From Candidatus Heimdallarchaeota archaeon (GTDB lineage: Archaea > Asgardarchaeota > Heimdallarchaeia > Heimdallarchaeales > Heimdallarchaeaceae): a stretch of 46,522 nt of DNA. Below the pieces are notes generated by a model. That model was given only the letters and a program-made list of their open reading frames with translations, was not told where the DNA came from and did not search any database. Position 1 is the stretch's first letter, and each line of letters begins with the position of its first letter. This document shows positions 45,348-46,522 of the stretch, piece by piece. The DNA lies in contig DXJF01000022.1 of the NCBI GenBank assembly GCA_019057375.1, positions 1 through 46,522 on the forward strand. Reading direction: 5' to 3'. The translations under genes and the position numbers were made by a program.

Positions 45348-45854
45348 TTATGAGGACATAGAACTGTTAAAATATTGTTTAACAATATTGCACAAAAAGT
45401 AAGCTTTATTTGCATAATTTAGAGCTAAATCAGCTTCTTTTTCTGTAAAAATCTCTGAAACAGAAACTTCTTCATTCACTTCGTATCCATAGAAGGAAGG
45501 AATTCGCCATTGGTAAAGAACATTACTTGCGATAATTAATCTTACTACATCAGTAGTATTAAGATGATATTTTTTAAGTATTATTTCCAGTTGTTTCTTG
45601 ATTTTTTGGAGATCTTCATTTAACCTGTGACCACTTTTACCTTTTGGATATGTTTTTGTTATTAATTGTAGTATTGTCTTAATGTAAAGTTCAAAAGCTT
45701 CTTGAGCTCTCCTTATTGAGAGATCATAATCATATTTTTCTTTGTGTTGTTTGGCTTCTTCTTCAATTTTAGATGCTTTATAGAATTGTTTATCTATAGA
45801 TTGTAATTCCTCAATAGTCCATTGAGGTAGTTTCTTGGAAATGCTTTTTTTCAT
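45348..45854 (-). CDS. HEPN-domain protein
   Basis: 'YDLSIRRAQEAFELYIKTIL..YPK...H.L...SFYG....FTEKEADLALNYA' follows the pattern of the HEPN partner of MNT-HEPN pairs. Confidence 0.75.
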   Translation of the reverse strand: MKKSISKKLPQWTIEELQSIDKQFYKASKIEEEAKQHKEKYDYDLSIRRAQEAFELYIKTILQLITKTYPKGKSGHRLNEDLQKIKKQLEIILKKYHLNTTDVVRLIIASNVLYQWRIPSFYGYEVNEEVSVSEIFTEKEADLALNYANKAYFLCNIVKQYFNSSMSS

Positions 45855-46161
45855 TTATTCTCTCATCCTTCAATAATTGCTTAGACTTAGGCCAAACTCT
45901 TTATAATAATTGTCCACAGCCAAGTTCAGAAAAAAGCATTTTCTTATTAAACAAAGATGTTTCATATATTTTCTTACCGAATGCTGTGGCTCCTGGTTTC
46001 GGTAAGATTTATTTGTGAAATATAGATGCTCAAAAAATGATTGCTATATGTGACATATAGATTTAGTAAAACTCATTCGGAAAATTACCTTATTTCACCA
46101 TAACTCATTAGGTTATAATTATATATTACCGAAGTTAAAATTATAGTAAAAAGGTTATTAA

Positions 46162-46522
46162 ATGTCTATAACACCCGTAGAAGCAGCTATAATTGTATCA
46201 CCATTGCTTTCAGTAATTGCAATGATTTATACTTGGTATAAAACCAGAGTAAAAGAAGCTAGATTTATTGTTTTTGATTTTCATATAACTAATATCAAGG
46301 ATACTGCTGAGCGAGAGGGAAAAAAAATAGTTCAAATCACTTCAACATCTACAATTCTGAATAAAGGTGATCGAGTAGGATTTGTAAGATTTAAAAGAGC
46401 TGAACTCAAAGTATATCTTAAGAAATCTGAAGACAAAATAGCATTTGATCTAAAACAACCAGATTATATCGAACCACGAAGCTATTCTCTTGACTCAGGA
46501 ATCTCCACTACTGCAGGATTTA
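46162..46522 (+). CDS. Partial N-terminally membrane-anchored hypothetical protein
   Basis: ATG 46162 is open to the window end: MSITPVEAAIIVSPLLSVIAMIYTWYKTR...ILNKGDRVG. Not in the ORF track. Confidence 0.65.
   Translation, partial: MSITPVEAAIIVSPLLSVIAMIYTWYKTRVKEARFIVFDFHITNIKDTAEREGKKIVQITSTSTILNKGDRVGFVRFKRAELKVYLKKSEDKIAFDLKQPDYIEPRSYSLDSGISTTAGF

Noticed and set aside
45980-46000. NAVAPGF peptide resembling an SDR motif
   Set aside because: The surrounding frame shows no other SDR features, and the segment is better explained as a hairpin loop.
1-46522. tRNA or rRNA genes
   Set aside because: No cloverleaf or T-loop consensus and no rRNA-like GC-rich segment were found by eye. A tRNAscan-SE or barrnap run would confirm.

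Overview
This AT-rich archaeal window is most consistent with an Asgard archaeon. That is an inference from gene content (eS25, TBP, thermosome, XPB-Bax1, an Arf-like GTPase and a RING-like protein) and is not a taxonomic assignment. About 1-37.4 kb is mostly housekeeping and metabolic genes plus eukaryotic-signature-like proteins. About 37.4-46.5 kb is a decaying accessory island with three YaaC-like paralogs, a HEPN protein, two transglutaminase-like surface proteins (one with a 52-heptad stalk), duplicated promoter blocks and frameshifted or truncated genes. The standout locus is 13273-15452. It carries a 653-aa TnpB/Cas12-like RuvC protein with a non-canonical RuvC-III (His at the catalytic Asp position), no TnpA and no CRISPR array. 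Two same-orientation copies of a ~60-nt structured element bracket the gene. Each copy has box C (TGATGA) and box D (CTGA) motifs, a covarying internal hairpin and a shared GGCACCTCTGAAT core, and the downstream copy starts on the stop codon. No tRNA, rRNA or CRISPR array was recognised. All family calls come from motif recognition by eye; no database searches were run.
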